32,000 nucleotides of DNA from Bacillus subtilis subsp. subtilis str. 168 (GTDB taxonomy: Bacteria; Bacillota; Bacilli; Bacillales; Bacillaceae), in contig NC_000964.3 in the NCBI RefSeq assembly GCF_000009045.1, forward strand, positions 4,020,001 through 4,052,000, read 5' to 3'. The notes beneath the pieces are model-generated. The model made no database searches, was not told the origin of the DNA, and worked only from the letters and a program-made list of their open reading frames with translations. Numbering within the stretch: position 1 is the first letter of the stretch; the number at the start of each line of letters is the position of its first letter. Position numbers and translations under genes: made by a program. This document shows positions 1 to 9,500 of this stretch, piece by piece.

Positions 1-437
1 TCTTCACCAAACACAGTGATTGCACATTTCCACGGGTCTCCCAAAAGTCCCCAGGAGAAGTCCTGATGAAAAAAGAAATAATAGTCTCCATTTGGAAATA
101 CGGGAACAGGCCATTCGCCAAATTCATCCTTAGGCATTGCCTGATGAGGACTAAAGGTATATCCGTCATGCTGCCAATCTAGTGCGTACATTACATCGTT
201 CTTTCCAGTACCTAATTGAAATGCTTTTAAAATAGAAGTCTCTAAATCACTTAGCACTCCGCTCACATCATTATGACCAGCTTTACTGCTCATCGCGCTT
301 GAGATATCAAACACTCGATATGGATCAGGCGGGATGATGTGATGACATCTGCTTCCGGGCTTCCATTTTATGATCTTGTTCACTTCTGACCAGATGCGGT
401 CTTGTTTTGTCTGACTTAAAGCGCGCCAATTCATCAT
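1..437 (-). CDS. Hypothetical small cytoplasmic protein, N-terminal 145 codons only (runs off the left edge). Candidate orphan immunity protein, possibly DUF2716-like.
   Basis: Absent from the ORF track because no stop lies in the window. Reverse-strand ATG ATG at 432-437, with AGGGA 7 nt upstream. It starts 17 nt after the stop of the preceding ORF. My hand translation is MMNWRALSQTKQDRIWSEVNKIIKWKPGSRCHHIIPPDPYRVFDISSAMSSKAGHNDVSGVLSDLETSILKAFQLGTGKNDVMYALDWQHDGYTFSPHQAMPKDEFGEWPVPVFPNGDYYFFFHQDFSWGLLGDPWKCAITVFGE, open to base 1. The family assignment is from memory only. Confidence 0.6.
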   Translation of the reverse strand, partial: MMNWRALSQTKQDRIWSEVNKIIKWKPGSRCHHIIPPDPYRVFDISSAMSSKAGHNDVSGVLSDLETSILKAFQLGTGKNDVMYALDWQHDGYTFSPHQAMPKDEFGEWPVPVFPNGDYYFFFHQDFSWGLLGDPWKCAITVFGE

Positions 438-454
438 AATCTCATCCCTACACC

Positions 455-907
455 TTATTGGATATCCTGCTTATAAACACCAGAAGAGGCCACTGCGTAA
501 ACAGCGTAACTTGTCAGTTTCAGCTGTTGAACATCTAGGCCTTCACCGTTCGAATCACAGCATGTTATCTCTTCCATCTCTTGACTCACATCGGCAGAAA
601 TCAAATAAAGAGACGACTTAAGGTCTGCACTGTAACAATTGAACGTCCCAACCAAAAAACCTTCTTCGGATATCGCGAGCTGATCAAATGCTTCTGAGTC
701 CGGCTCTTTATCCGACAGAATCCACACCCGTCTCACGACCGTTTCATCAAATGCGGCAATGACTGCATCTCCGTAATACAGCATATAAATCAAGCCGTTT
801 TTTTCTGCAAGTCCATAACAATCATCTACAGCAGGCGCATCCATTTCTTCAAGCTTTCTATCAATGTGTATTTCCTTCTGCTGACCATCTAACGTAAAAC
901 ACCACAC
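455..907 (-). CDS. Hypothetical protein; distal part of a reading frame interrupted by one in-frame TAG (probably a decayed gene together with 977..1306).
   Basis: ORF track gives 150 aa. The longest start is GTG at 905-907, with no SD. Codons 908-976 upstream are open and in the same frame as ORF 977..1306; only the TAG at 977-979 separates them. Confidence 0.5.
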   Translation of the reverse strand: MWCFTLDGQQKEIHIDRKLEEMDAPAVDDCYGLAEKNGLIYMLYYGDAVIAAFDETVVRRVWILSDKEPDSEAFDQLAISEEGFLVGTFNCYSADLKSSLYLISADVSQEMEEITCCDSNGEGLDVQQLKLTSYAVYAVASSGVYKQDIQ

Positions 908-976
908 ACTATGGCCGTTGGGATTCTCATCATGATAAATCCCTTCATCACATAAACCGACCCAAAGCTGTTGTTT

Positions 977-1306
977 CTAATCCAAAAGACAGCAGGAAAC
1001 CCCTGAAGGCAAGTGAAAAACACTTTTCACCCTTCCCTCTTCTGAAAAAACCTTTACCTTCGGCTCGTACGATTCGTAATAAACGAAGACATAGCCATCT
1101 GCACATTGTTGAAAGAGCAGAATATCACTGTATGAAATCTGCTCTTTCACTCTAAAATCCCGAACATCACCGGAAGGATCATAGATTGTAATGGTGATAC
1201 CACCTTTCAACCCTTTTCCAATGTAGACACGCCCCTGTGGATCAGCATGGAAAAAACAATCTTGGGTGTTCTCGTTGATGATTTTATTCAATTTTAATTT
1301 TTTCAT
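977..1306 (-). CDS. Hypothetical protein (109 aa); proximal part of the TAG-interrupted reading frame.
   Basis: ORF track (MKKLKLNKIINENTQ...). Good SD: AGGAG, then 8 nt, then ATG (reverse complement of 1307-1322). Ends at TAG 977-979. Confidence 0.7.
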   Translation of the reverse strand: MKKLKLNKIINENTQDCFFHADPQGRVYIGKGLKGGITITIYDPSGDVRDFRVKEQISYSDILLFQQCADGYVFVYYESYEPKVKVFSEEGRVKSVFHLPSGVSCCLLD

Positions 1307-1428
1307 TGGTTATGCTCCTAGGTTCGAAATGAAATGATAAGAATAAACCATTTATTAGCTATTAGTAACGGACAACCTAGTTTCATTAATCGTTTTGGGA
1401 TAAATCTACTTTCCAATTCAGCCTTAAA

Positions 1429-1845
1429 TCATTTAGTGTTTAATTGGTATGCATAAAACGATTGATCATCAAAGCGAACTGTTTCAGCTTCTATAGCAAT
1501 CAGCATTCTGTTCATGTCAATAAGAAAGTTAGCATTTGATTGATACTCCGGAATTATAGAATTTGATAGATTCCCGATTCCTTCTGGATGATAACTCATC
1601 TCAAATACTTGCCAATTGTATTCTTCCGGATCTATTTTTTCCAATCTCATGTCGCCAACATCTGCACTATAATAAGCGGATGCCACATTTTGAAATGAAA
1701 TTTTATGCGTATATTCACCTTCATCTTCAAAAACCTTAATATCAAGTGAGAGTTCTTTTTTAAACACATTAAAATCTAAATGAAGGACACTGCACCCCTT
1801 ATCTATATAATCAACCCATTCATTAATCGTTTGATACATTGTCAT
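1429..1845 (-). CDS. yxiG: Hypothetical 138-aa acidic cytoplasmic protein, candidate orphan immunity protein.
   Basis: ORF track 1429..1920. I trimmed it to the ATG at 1843-1845 (MTMYQTINEWVDYIDKG...), which is preceded by AGAGGCAGGGG. The longer N-terminus has no SD. The symbol comes from my remembered 168 gene order (wapI-yxiF-yxzC-yxiG). Confidence 0.65.
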   Translation of the reverse strand: MTMYQTINEWVDYIDKGCSVLHLDFNVFKKELSLDIKVFEDEGEYTHKISFQNVASAYYSADVGDMRLEKIDPEEYNWQVFEMSYHPEGIGNLSNSIIPEYQSNANFLIDMNRMLIAIEAETVRFDDQSFYAYQLNTK

Positions 1846-1895
1846 CCCCTGCCTCTTTTTAAACAATAACGCCTTGCCACCAAGCAGAAAACAAA

Positions 1896-2141
1896 TTACT
1901 CCGTATATTGTTTGATCCAATCATTTAAATCATCTGTTGAATGCAAATAAGTTTCTGATGAATCTTTCAAATCAATCCCACTTAGAAGGATTAACATATC
2001 CCAGACTCTATCGTCTTCTACTTCGGGGTCATCCGCATAAACATAAGTTCCAGCCCAATCCGACACTTCTTCTCTTGTTGTTTGTCCATTTAAGACACTT
2101 TTGATTTTATTTATGCATTCTATTAGATTTGTCTCGCTCAA
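1896..2141 (-). CDS. yxzC: Hypothetical small protein (about 81 aa), candidate orphan immunity protein; start uncertain.
   Basis: The ORF track frame 1896..2264 starts at a TTG overlapping the stop of the upstream gene, with no SD. The internal TTG at 2139-2141 is preceded by GGTGATC (anti-SD complementary), and GTGs at 2148-2153 are alternatives. The C-terminal part (...TREEVSDWAGTYVYADDPEVEDDRVWDMLILLSGIDLKD...) looks like a real protein. Confidence 0.5.
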   Translation of the reverse strand: MSETNLIECINKIKSVLNGQTTREEVSDWAGTYVYADDPEVEDDRVWDMLILLSGIDLKDSSETYLHSTDDLNDWIKQYTE

Positions 2142-2257
2142 TTTGATCACCACGTATTCAAGTACTAAATGATTTTTTATTAGTATGCAAAGCACCGTAC
2201 TGATATTTAGATATTGAAGCTTTTTCCGTAAAAGATATGTTCCAAAAGGTTTCCAAT

Positions 2258-2752
2258 CTACCAATAAACAAGCTCACATCCGTATTCCGTGTGCAATATA
2301 CATAAACCAAACTGGCACTTAGGCTCAACCAAAATAAAACTATGATTGAGAATCCCTTCATCGAACTCAATACACTCCAATAAGCAGTCAAGGTGCTCGA
2401 GACATTTTCCAAAAGAACAAACTAACGCACCAATTTCGCTGCTGTATTGATGAAACAGCAGAACGTCCCGGTCATCGTAAGCAACATATGACTGAGATAT
2501 TTTCCAGATCAGCTGTTTCGCTTCCGTTTTTTCGAGGGCATCAACCTCACGGGTGTTGGCTGGTATTGAATTTGATAAAACCAGCTCAAGCAATTGCCTG
2601 CTTTGCGCCAGATCAGCAAAACGATAAGTGAAGCCTCTTTCTGCACAAGGGACTAGTTTTTCTTTGATTTCGCTCATCAATAAACGTCTTTTATTCTCGG
2701 CGAGTTTTTCGATCAATCTTTTTTGCATGAGCCGCATTCCCTCCGCTGTCAA
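2258..2752 (-). CDS. yxiF: Hypothetical 156-164-aa cytoplasmic protein, first gene after the wapA-wapI terminator; candidate orphan immunity protein.
   Basis: ORF track 164 aa from the TTG at 2750-2752. In-frame ATGs at 2737 and 2728 follow a GGAGGG, so the true start may be 5-8 codons shorter. No signal peptide or TM segment. Confidence 0.7.
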   Translation of the reverse strand: MTAEGMRLMQKRLIEKLAENKRRLLMSEIKEKLVPCAERGFTYRFADLAQSRQLLELVLSNSIPANTREVDALEKTEAKQLIWKISQSYVAYDDRDVLLFHQYSSEIGALVCSFGKCLEHLDCLLECIEFDEGILNHSFILVEPKCQFGLCILHTEYGCELVYW

Positions 2753-2821
2753 TTTCTCAACTTCTTTTAAATTGATTCATCATTCTCTTGTTTTCGTTGT
2801 CGTTCATGTTTAGATTTGTTC

Positions 2822-2856
2822 TAAAAAAGCTTGTATCGCTTATCGATACAAGCTTT
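2822..2856 (-). terminator. Rho-independent terminator of the wapA-wapI transcript.
   Basis: Perfect 12-bp stem: AAGCTTGTATCG (2827-2838) pairs with CGATACAAGCTT (2844-2855), with a 5-nt loop. On the minus strand the stem is followed by TTTTTT (the A-run at 2823-2828 on the plus strand). Confidence 0.85.
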
Positions 2857-3053
2857 ATCTTCAACTGCTTAAAACTCACCCAGTGGGCTTTTCACAAAAC
2901 GCTGGGAACCTTTTTGGCAAATCCTCTTCATCCCAATCAATTCTATATTTTTAGATTCTTTTGTCATACAAATAAGAGAGGATGGTAACATCTCTTATTT
3001 AATGTTCCATCAATAAATGCCCCATTTTTATCCAATGCAGAAATTATTTATAA

Positions 3054-3482
3054 TTAAGGAAGTTTAGAAGGATTTTTTGTATTTTCAAGATTTAATTTTA
3101 AAGCGGTCACAAAAGACTCTAGCTTTTCTTCATTACAATTAATTTCGAACAAGTTGGAGTTCGACTTACTTTCTTTATAATCATCAAATATAATTTTAAT
3201 CTTAATTCTGTAATTTCCGTTTTCTTGATCAATACTAAGAAATAAGAATGGTTCAATAGTCTCTAAACTGATACTGTCTTGATTTCCTTTTATCATAGTT
3301 TCGATCCCAGATATCAACACCTTATATTCACTTTCTAATAAAACAGCAGAAAAATCGCGAACGACGGCTTTCTTATTTTCCAACAATTCAAATACAGATA
3401 AAATAAATGGATCATCGTCCAACTCTTGATACCTTCTCGGTGTTAATTCAAGTTCTATACAATCATCTTTTATTTTGGCCAT
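3054..3482 (-). CDS. wapI: WapI, cognate immunity protein for the WapA C-terminal toxin.
   Basis: 142-aa acidic ORF 61 nt downstream of the wapA stop, with SD GAGGAGG. Very A+T-rich. Sequence recognised as YxxG/WapI of strain 168. Confidence 0.9.
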   Translation of the reverse strand: MAKIKDDCIELELTPRRYQELDDDPFILSVFELLENKKAVVRDFSAVLLESEYKVLISGIETMIKGNQDSISLETIEPFLFLSIDQENGNYRIKIKIIFDDYKESKSNSNLFEINCNEEKLESFVTALKLNLENTKNPSKLP

Positions 3483-3543
3483 ATTTCCTCCTCATTTAAA
3501 GTTTAAGTGAGGGTAGTTGTCATCCCCCCCTCGCTTAACCTTA

Positions 3544-6500
3544 TTAACGCCTTCTCTTAGATTTATTTCCTTTTCCGTGTGTATGGAATACGTGTTTAGA
3601 ACCCTTAGCTCTTGAACTTCCATAAGCTGTGATTACTTTACCCCTTTTATTTAAAACAACTGTAGCTTTTTTTCCAACATATTTCGTTGCCCCATTAGGT
3701 TGTTTTATTACTTTTTTAGGGCTTCGCACAGCATTCAGTTTGGCCCTTAAATTGACTCCACGGCCTCCATTTCTTCCTATAGATTGATTAAGTCCATGTC
3801 TTGTATGACCTGTGATTTTAACTGCCTTCTTCGTAAACTTATAGGCGCGACTAGCACCCTTAAATATCTTCCCAGGACCAAAATTAGAAGCAGCTGCCCA
3901 AGCAGCACCTTTCCATCCTTTACCTGATTTATATGCCTTATATCCATCATAGGCTGCAAATCCGGCATTTACCACAAGCCATACCCAATGCCCGTCCGGA
4001 TCAACATTCATCACTGGGTTATTATTTCCATAAGCATACCCATTCTGATCCAATGAATCTCCGTCGCTGCCCGGGTCTGGGTCGAGCGATAGGAACACGC
4101 CGTTTCTTGGCTCGTAGTAGCGGGCCATGAGATAGTACAGGCCGGTTTCTTCGTCGTATTGGTAGCCTGCGTAGCGGTAGCGATTGTCTTTTACTTCGTC
4201 GCTTGCTTCGGTTTTTGTTGGATTTCCCCATGCGTCGTATTGATACTTGGCAACGGTTTTTCCAGTGCTGTCTGAGATCGCGATGATGTCGCCGTGAGCG
4301 TTGTAGTGATAGAAATATTTCTTACCATTTTCTGTGTAGGATAACAGCTGGCCGCTGTCTCCGTACGTGTATGATTTTGTGACGTTGTTGTCCGCGTCTG
4401 TTTCATACAAGACGTTCAAGCTGTCTCCGTCGTAGAAGTAGTTCGTGACTTTTCCGTTGACGGTTTTTTGGATTCTGTTTCCTTTTTCGTCATACTTATA
4501 TGTTGCGAATGGCTTGTCTTCGCCTTTTTTGGTAACGGCGGTCAGGTTATCTTCTGCATCCCACGTATATGTGAATTTGCCGTCGGATGTGCGGTTGCCG
4601 TTTTTATCGTAAGAGATGCTTTCATCATTGACTTTTGTCAGCTGGTTCATGATGTTGAAGGAAGCGTTCACCGTTTTGCTTGAGCCGTCTTTTATAGTTG
4701 TAACGGTTTTCCGGTTTCCGAATCCATCATATGTGTATTCAATAACAGTACCGTCTTCATGGGTTTCTTTGACAAGCTGATTCAGCTTCCCATACTCATA
4801 TTGCACCTTGCCGCTTGCTGAGCTGTTTATCGTTGTGCGGTTGCCGTTGGCATCATATTCATAGCTTTCCGTCAGAATGTCTCCGCCGTTTTTGTCACCG
4901 ATATGCAGCGAGCTTACAAGGTTTCTTTCGTCATATGAAAAACTTGTTCCGCCGCCGTTGCCCGTAATAAAGGTTTGGACGTTTCCATTTTCATCATAAT
5001 CAAATGAATATGAGGATGTACTGTCTTTCATCTCAATCATTTGATCCAGCTTGTTATACGTAAATTGATTCGTTCCTTTTTGGTCCCCATGAATCCACGA
5101 GAAGGTTTTCAGCTTATCGGAGTCACTAGGATATGTCCAAGTTTGGCTGCCGCCGCGGTCTGTCAGTTCGGTTAAACGGTTTTTGTTGTCAAATGTCCGT
5201 TTCTTTGTGGTGTTCTGCTCTTTATTGACGACCGACGTTTCATTTCCATTTTTGTCATACGTGAAAATGTACTTTTCTGTACCGTTATACGACTTTGATT
5301 TCACCCGGTCTGTTCCATCATAAGAAAGAGACACTTCGTTGCCATTTGGTGAAATGGTTTTGGTCAGGTTGCTGTTGGCATCATATTCGCTTGCTAACAC
5401 ATTGCCGAGAGGGTCAGTTGTTTTGACAAGCTTGCCCATGACATCATATTCGAATTTATAGGTTTGATCTGCTCCTGCCCGGATGGTTTTGCTTACCTCA
5501 TTGCCTTCCTTATCATAGCTGTGAAGGATAGACGTGCCGTTAGAGAGCGTCATGTTTGTCAATTGGTCTGCCTGATCATACGTATAGGTTGTTTTTTCAC
5601 CTTTTGCATCTGTTTCAGACGTTTTCTTACCAGTTTCATCGTAATCAGTTGAAGTGGCGTAACCTAGTTCGTCCTCTTCCTTGGTCACATAGTTGCCATT
5701 ACTGTCATACGTGCTTTTAGTCAGAAGGCTTCCTTCAATCAAACGGATATCATCAAACCAGACTGTGCCTGTCGCACTCTTTTGGAACAGAATACTGATA
5801 TCGACTTTATTGATCGGCTTTGTTTTAGGGATGACGACAGCTGCTCGGTTCCATTCCTGTGTTCCAGAAGGGAATTTCGCATTGTAGATGCCTGTGCTGC
5901 CGTCAGCGTAAGTGACATTCGCCTGCAGAGAATAGTCTTTTTCATCTGTAAATTTGACGCTGCTTGCTTTCGACATTCCTGTCAGTGTGAGATAAACCGG
6001 TTTGTCATTTGCGCTTTGCCCTAAGACAACGGTTTGTTTTGTTACTGATCCGGCTTGGGACGCACTGGTCCGGGCAGCTTTTAATGATACATCATCATTA
6101 AAGCCTTCTTCAGAATCAACGGATGCTCCGCTTACATTCCAGTTTTCCGTTGCTGATGTGAAGCTGCTGTTTTGAACTGGGTTATAGCTTGATGATACTT
6201 CGCCTTTTTCCAGCTGGACTTCATCAAACCATGCTTTTCCTTTGCCATCTTTATCTTTATGATCGACTTCCATATACACAACAGCTTTGCCTGCATTCGC
6301 TGGAGTCGTAAAAGTGATTTGCCGTTTTGTCCAGTCATTTTTTCCGGCTAATGCACTGTATTCATTGTGAATCCATTGAATTCGTTTTTGATCTTTGTCT
6401 CGCAAATCAATGTTAAAATAGGCTCTTGATTTCGCAAGATCTGTTTTGATTTTCCCGCTTAATGTATAGGTTGTATTCGGCTCCAGCTCAACTGTTTGTG

Positions 6501-9500
6501 TTGCTGACGAATACCCATGATCTGTTCCGGCAGACGTTGATTGGCTCAAGACCTCCAATGCCTTTGATCCGGAAAGAACTCCGCTTTTATCGGCGATGAC
6601 TGAAATTTTGCCGCTGTCTTTAGAGGCAGTCAGATTCCAGCCGGATTTTTGAGCTTCAAAGCTTCCATCTTTCAAAATATTAGTTGAAGCTGATAAATCT
6701 TTGCTCGATTGAATCTGGTTTCCATATTTATCATAAACAGCTGCTGACGATGATTTTCCGCTCTGATCGGTTTCGGATACAGCATCCAGTCCGTCATAAG
6801 CAATATCCGTGACATTGCCCTCGGTATCCTTCATCTTTGTGACATCGTTGTTTTTGTTGTATTCGTATGTCTCAGTTCCATATGCATCTTTAACCGACGT
6901 AACGTTGCCATCTTTGTCATATTGATAGCTTTCCGTTGCTTTTCCGGTGCCGACGTCATTTGGATCTACATCTTCTACAACATTGTTGCCTTCATACTTT
7001 GTATTCGTTGTAATTTTTAACCCTTCCGCATCATCAATGACCTGAATCGGATTTCCCGCTTCATTATAGCCATACTGTACTTTCCGGCCATTTGGCTGTG
7101 TCATGAGAAGCGTCTTTTTATCAGCATCATAGCTGTAGACATATGTTTCTTTTTTAGCGTTGATCGCTTTTTCGAGACGGTGACCGCTATACTGATATTC
7201 GGTAAAGACAGGCTTTGCTTCGGTACTGTTAGCTGAATATTGTTTGACAAGGCGCCCTTCACTATCGTAGTCATAGCTTGTGACAGTCCCGTCTGTATCT
7301 GTAACCTTCTTCAGCAAATCATTCTCATATGAGTAGGTGACTTTCTTATTCTTAGGTCCTGTGATGGACGTCACATGGCCGTTTTCATCATAGGTAAATG
7401 TAAGCTTGCGGCCTGATGCATCTGTAATGGCGGTCAGTTGATTTTTGTCATTGTAAGTATAGACAGTTGCATTGTTATGGCCATCCACTACCTTTTGGAG
7501 TTTGCCGCCTTTTTTATTGAAATAAGCGTTGGTTTGATCCTTTGTTTTTAATATGAACTGATCAGCTGTTTCTGTTAATTCAAGATATACACCGGTCGGC
7601 GGCTGATACGTGCCATCGGCTTTTTTCGTGAATCGATGTGTCGTAGCGTCTTCATCGATATACATTGCCCCGCCATCCGTTGAGATGACAGATGTTTCTG
7701 CATCAGCATACCAGCCTTGTCCAAATAAGTGATCAGAGCTGTCAAGACTGTTGTAGGTTCTCGATAAGCCAAGTCCCGGACCGCGTCCATCAATTGACAA
7801 ATCTTCTTCATTCACAATGACATTGCCTGTCGCACCATTTAACTGGCCGCTTGGGATATCAATGATAGACCAGTACTCTTCTGTACCTAGGAATTCTGCG
7901 CCTTCATGGAACGTTGGGTTAAAGGGCGCCGTTGGAATCGTTTCACCATTCGCATCATAGGCGACAAGCGTGAAAGAATAATTCTTCTTCCCTTTGTAAT
8001 TCCCATTTGCATTGTTATAGACAGGTGATGGATCGAGGGCTAATTCCCCGCCTTTTCCATCTGTATGAAGCTTATAGCTTCCGGCTTTGATTTCCTCAGA
8101 AGTCGGCCAGATGTTTTTATTTTGGGTTGTCCAATGATCAGCATCACCAACATCAAAGGACTGATATTCTTTACCGTTGTAAATGTTAACTTTATAGCCC
8201 TTCGCATTTTGAACCTTTTCCCATATCAAATTCACATAACCCGTTTGACTCGATTTTGTATTTGTATACAAATAGCCAGTTACATTCTTTGGCCTAGCGA
8301 TATCAGGAAGTGCCGGGGTAGCAGCCGGGGATGCAATGGCTTCGCCGTCTTTGTTGTATGCGATAATTTTAAACGAGTAATTTCTTTTGGCTCCATCTCC
8401 CCCGGCGTTTTTATAGGTTGGTCCGGGATTGATCGGCAGCTCTGCTCCGCTTCCGTCCTTTAGGTGAAGAGCATATTTTCCCGCCTTGATTTCTGCACTT
8501 GTCGGCCAGATCTTTTTCCCTTTTGTGGTCCAAGACGTCTGATTTCCGAGATCAAGTGTCTCAAAGCCTTTCCCATTGAACACCTGAACCTTATAGCCGG
8601 TTGCACCGGATACAGCTTTCCAAGAAAGGTCGAAGTATCCTGTGGCATTCCCATTATTGTAGCCCTTTGCTGACGGTGCTTGTGCTTTTCCTACATTAGG
8701 GATAACGGGCTTTGCCGGTGCGGACATCGCTCCTTCACCTTGGTCAAATATCGCACTGACGCCAATCCAATAGTTTTTGCTTGTAGCATAGCTTCCGCCG
8801 GAATTCTTATAGACCGGGGATGGATCTAATGCCAATTCAGCTCCATCCTTGCCGTCCAGATGCAGTTTATATCTCTTGGAGGCAATTTCTGCGCTCGTAG
8901 GCCAGATTTTTTTACCTTTTGTGCTCCACGACGTGACGTTGCCTGCAGAAATCGCTTGATATTCCTTACCATTGTAAATCCATACCTTATATCCTTTTGC
9001 GCCTTCAACCTTTTTCCAGCTGATATCGAAATAACCAGTGGAATCGCCGTTGTGATAGGCTTTGATTGTAGGTGTGTTTCCCTTTGGAATGGTATACGTC
9101 ACTTCAATATATGGTTTATTGGCGGAGTTCGCTGAAGAAATTAGTTTTTTCCAATATTCCTTGCCGTTTCCGTTTGTATGAAGCTTAAATCCATAGTTGG
9201 CCCCGCCGGAGTTCCATGACTTTACAGCAGCGGTCACATCATAACTCGCCCACTGTCCTTTATGGACGTCGGCTTTTCCGATATTTTTAGATGCCGGTTT
9301 GGTGTTCCATGTCACTTTTGCATTATCATAATTGCTGTTGACCGTATCCAGCCAAAGGCCGGTTGCCTTTGTTCCATAATAGGAATGGGCTACGTATGTT
9401 TTTAATGTAGCTTTAGTGACAGTCATATTTTGAATTGGCTTTAGGTTGTTAAATTTCATGAACGCATAGTTTGTGCCTGTTGTTTTGTCATAATAGCCCG

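Noticed and set aside
2628-2988. Plus-strand ORFs 2628..2813 and 2788..2988 span the yxiF 5' end and the wapI terminator.
   Set aside because: They run through a strong minus-strand terminator hairpin and antisense to yxiF. Their composition is hydrophobic and low-complexity, and they have no SD.
7925-9083. Regularly spaced repeats could superficially suggest a CRISPR or satellite array.
   Set aside because: The period is about 396 nt, the units are imperfect, and they lie in-frame inside wapA. They encode protein domain repeats and are not a repeat-spacer array.
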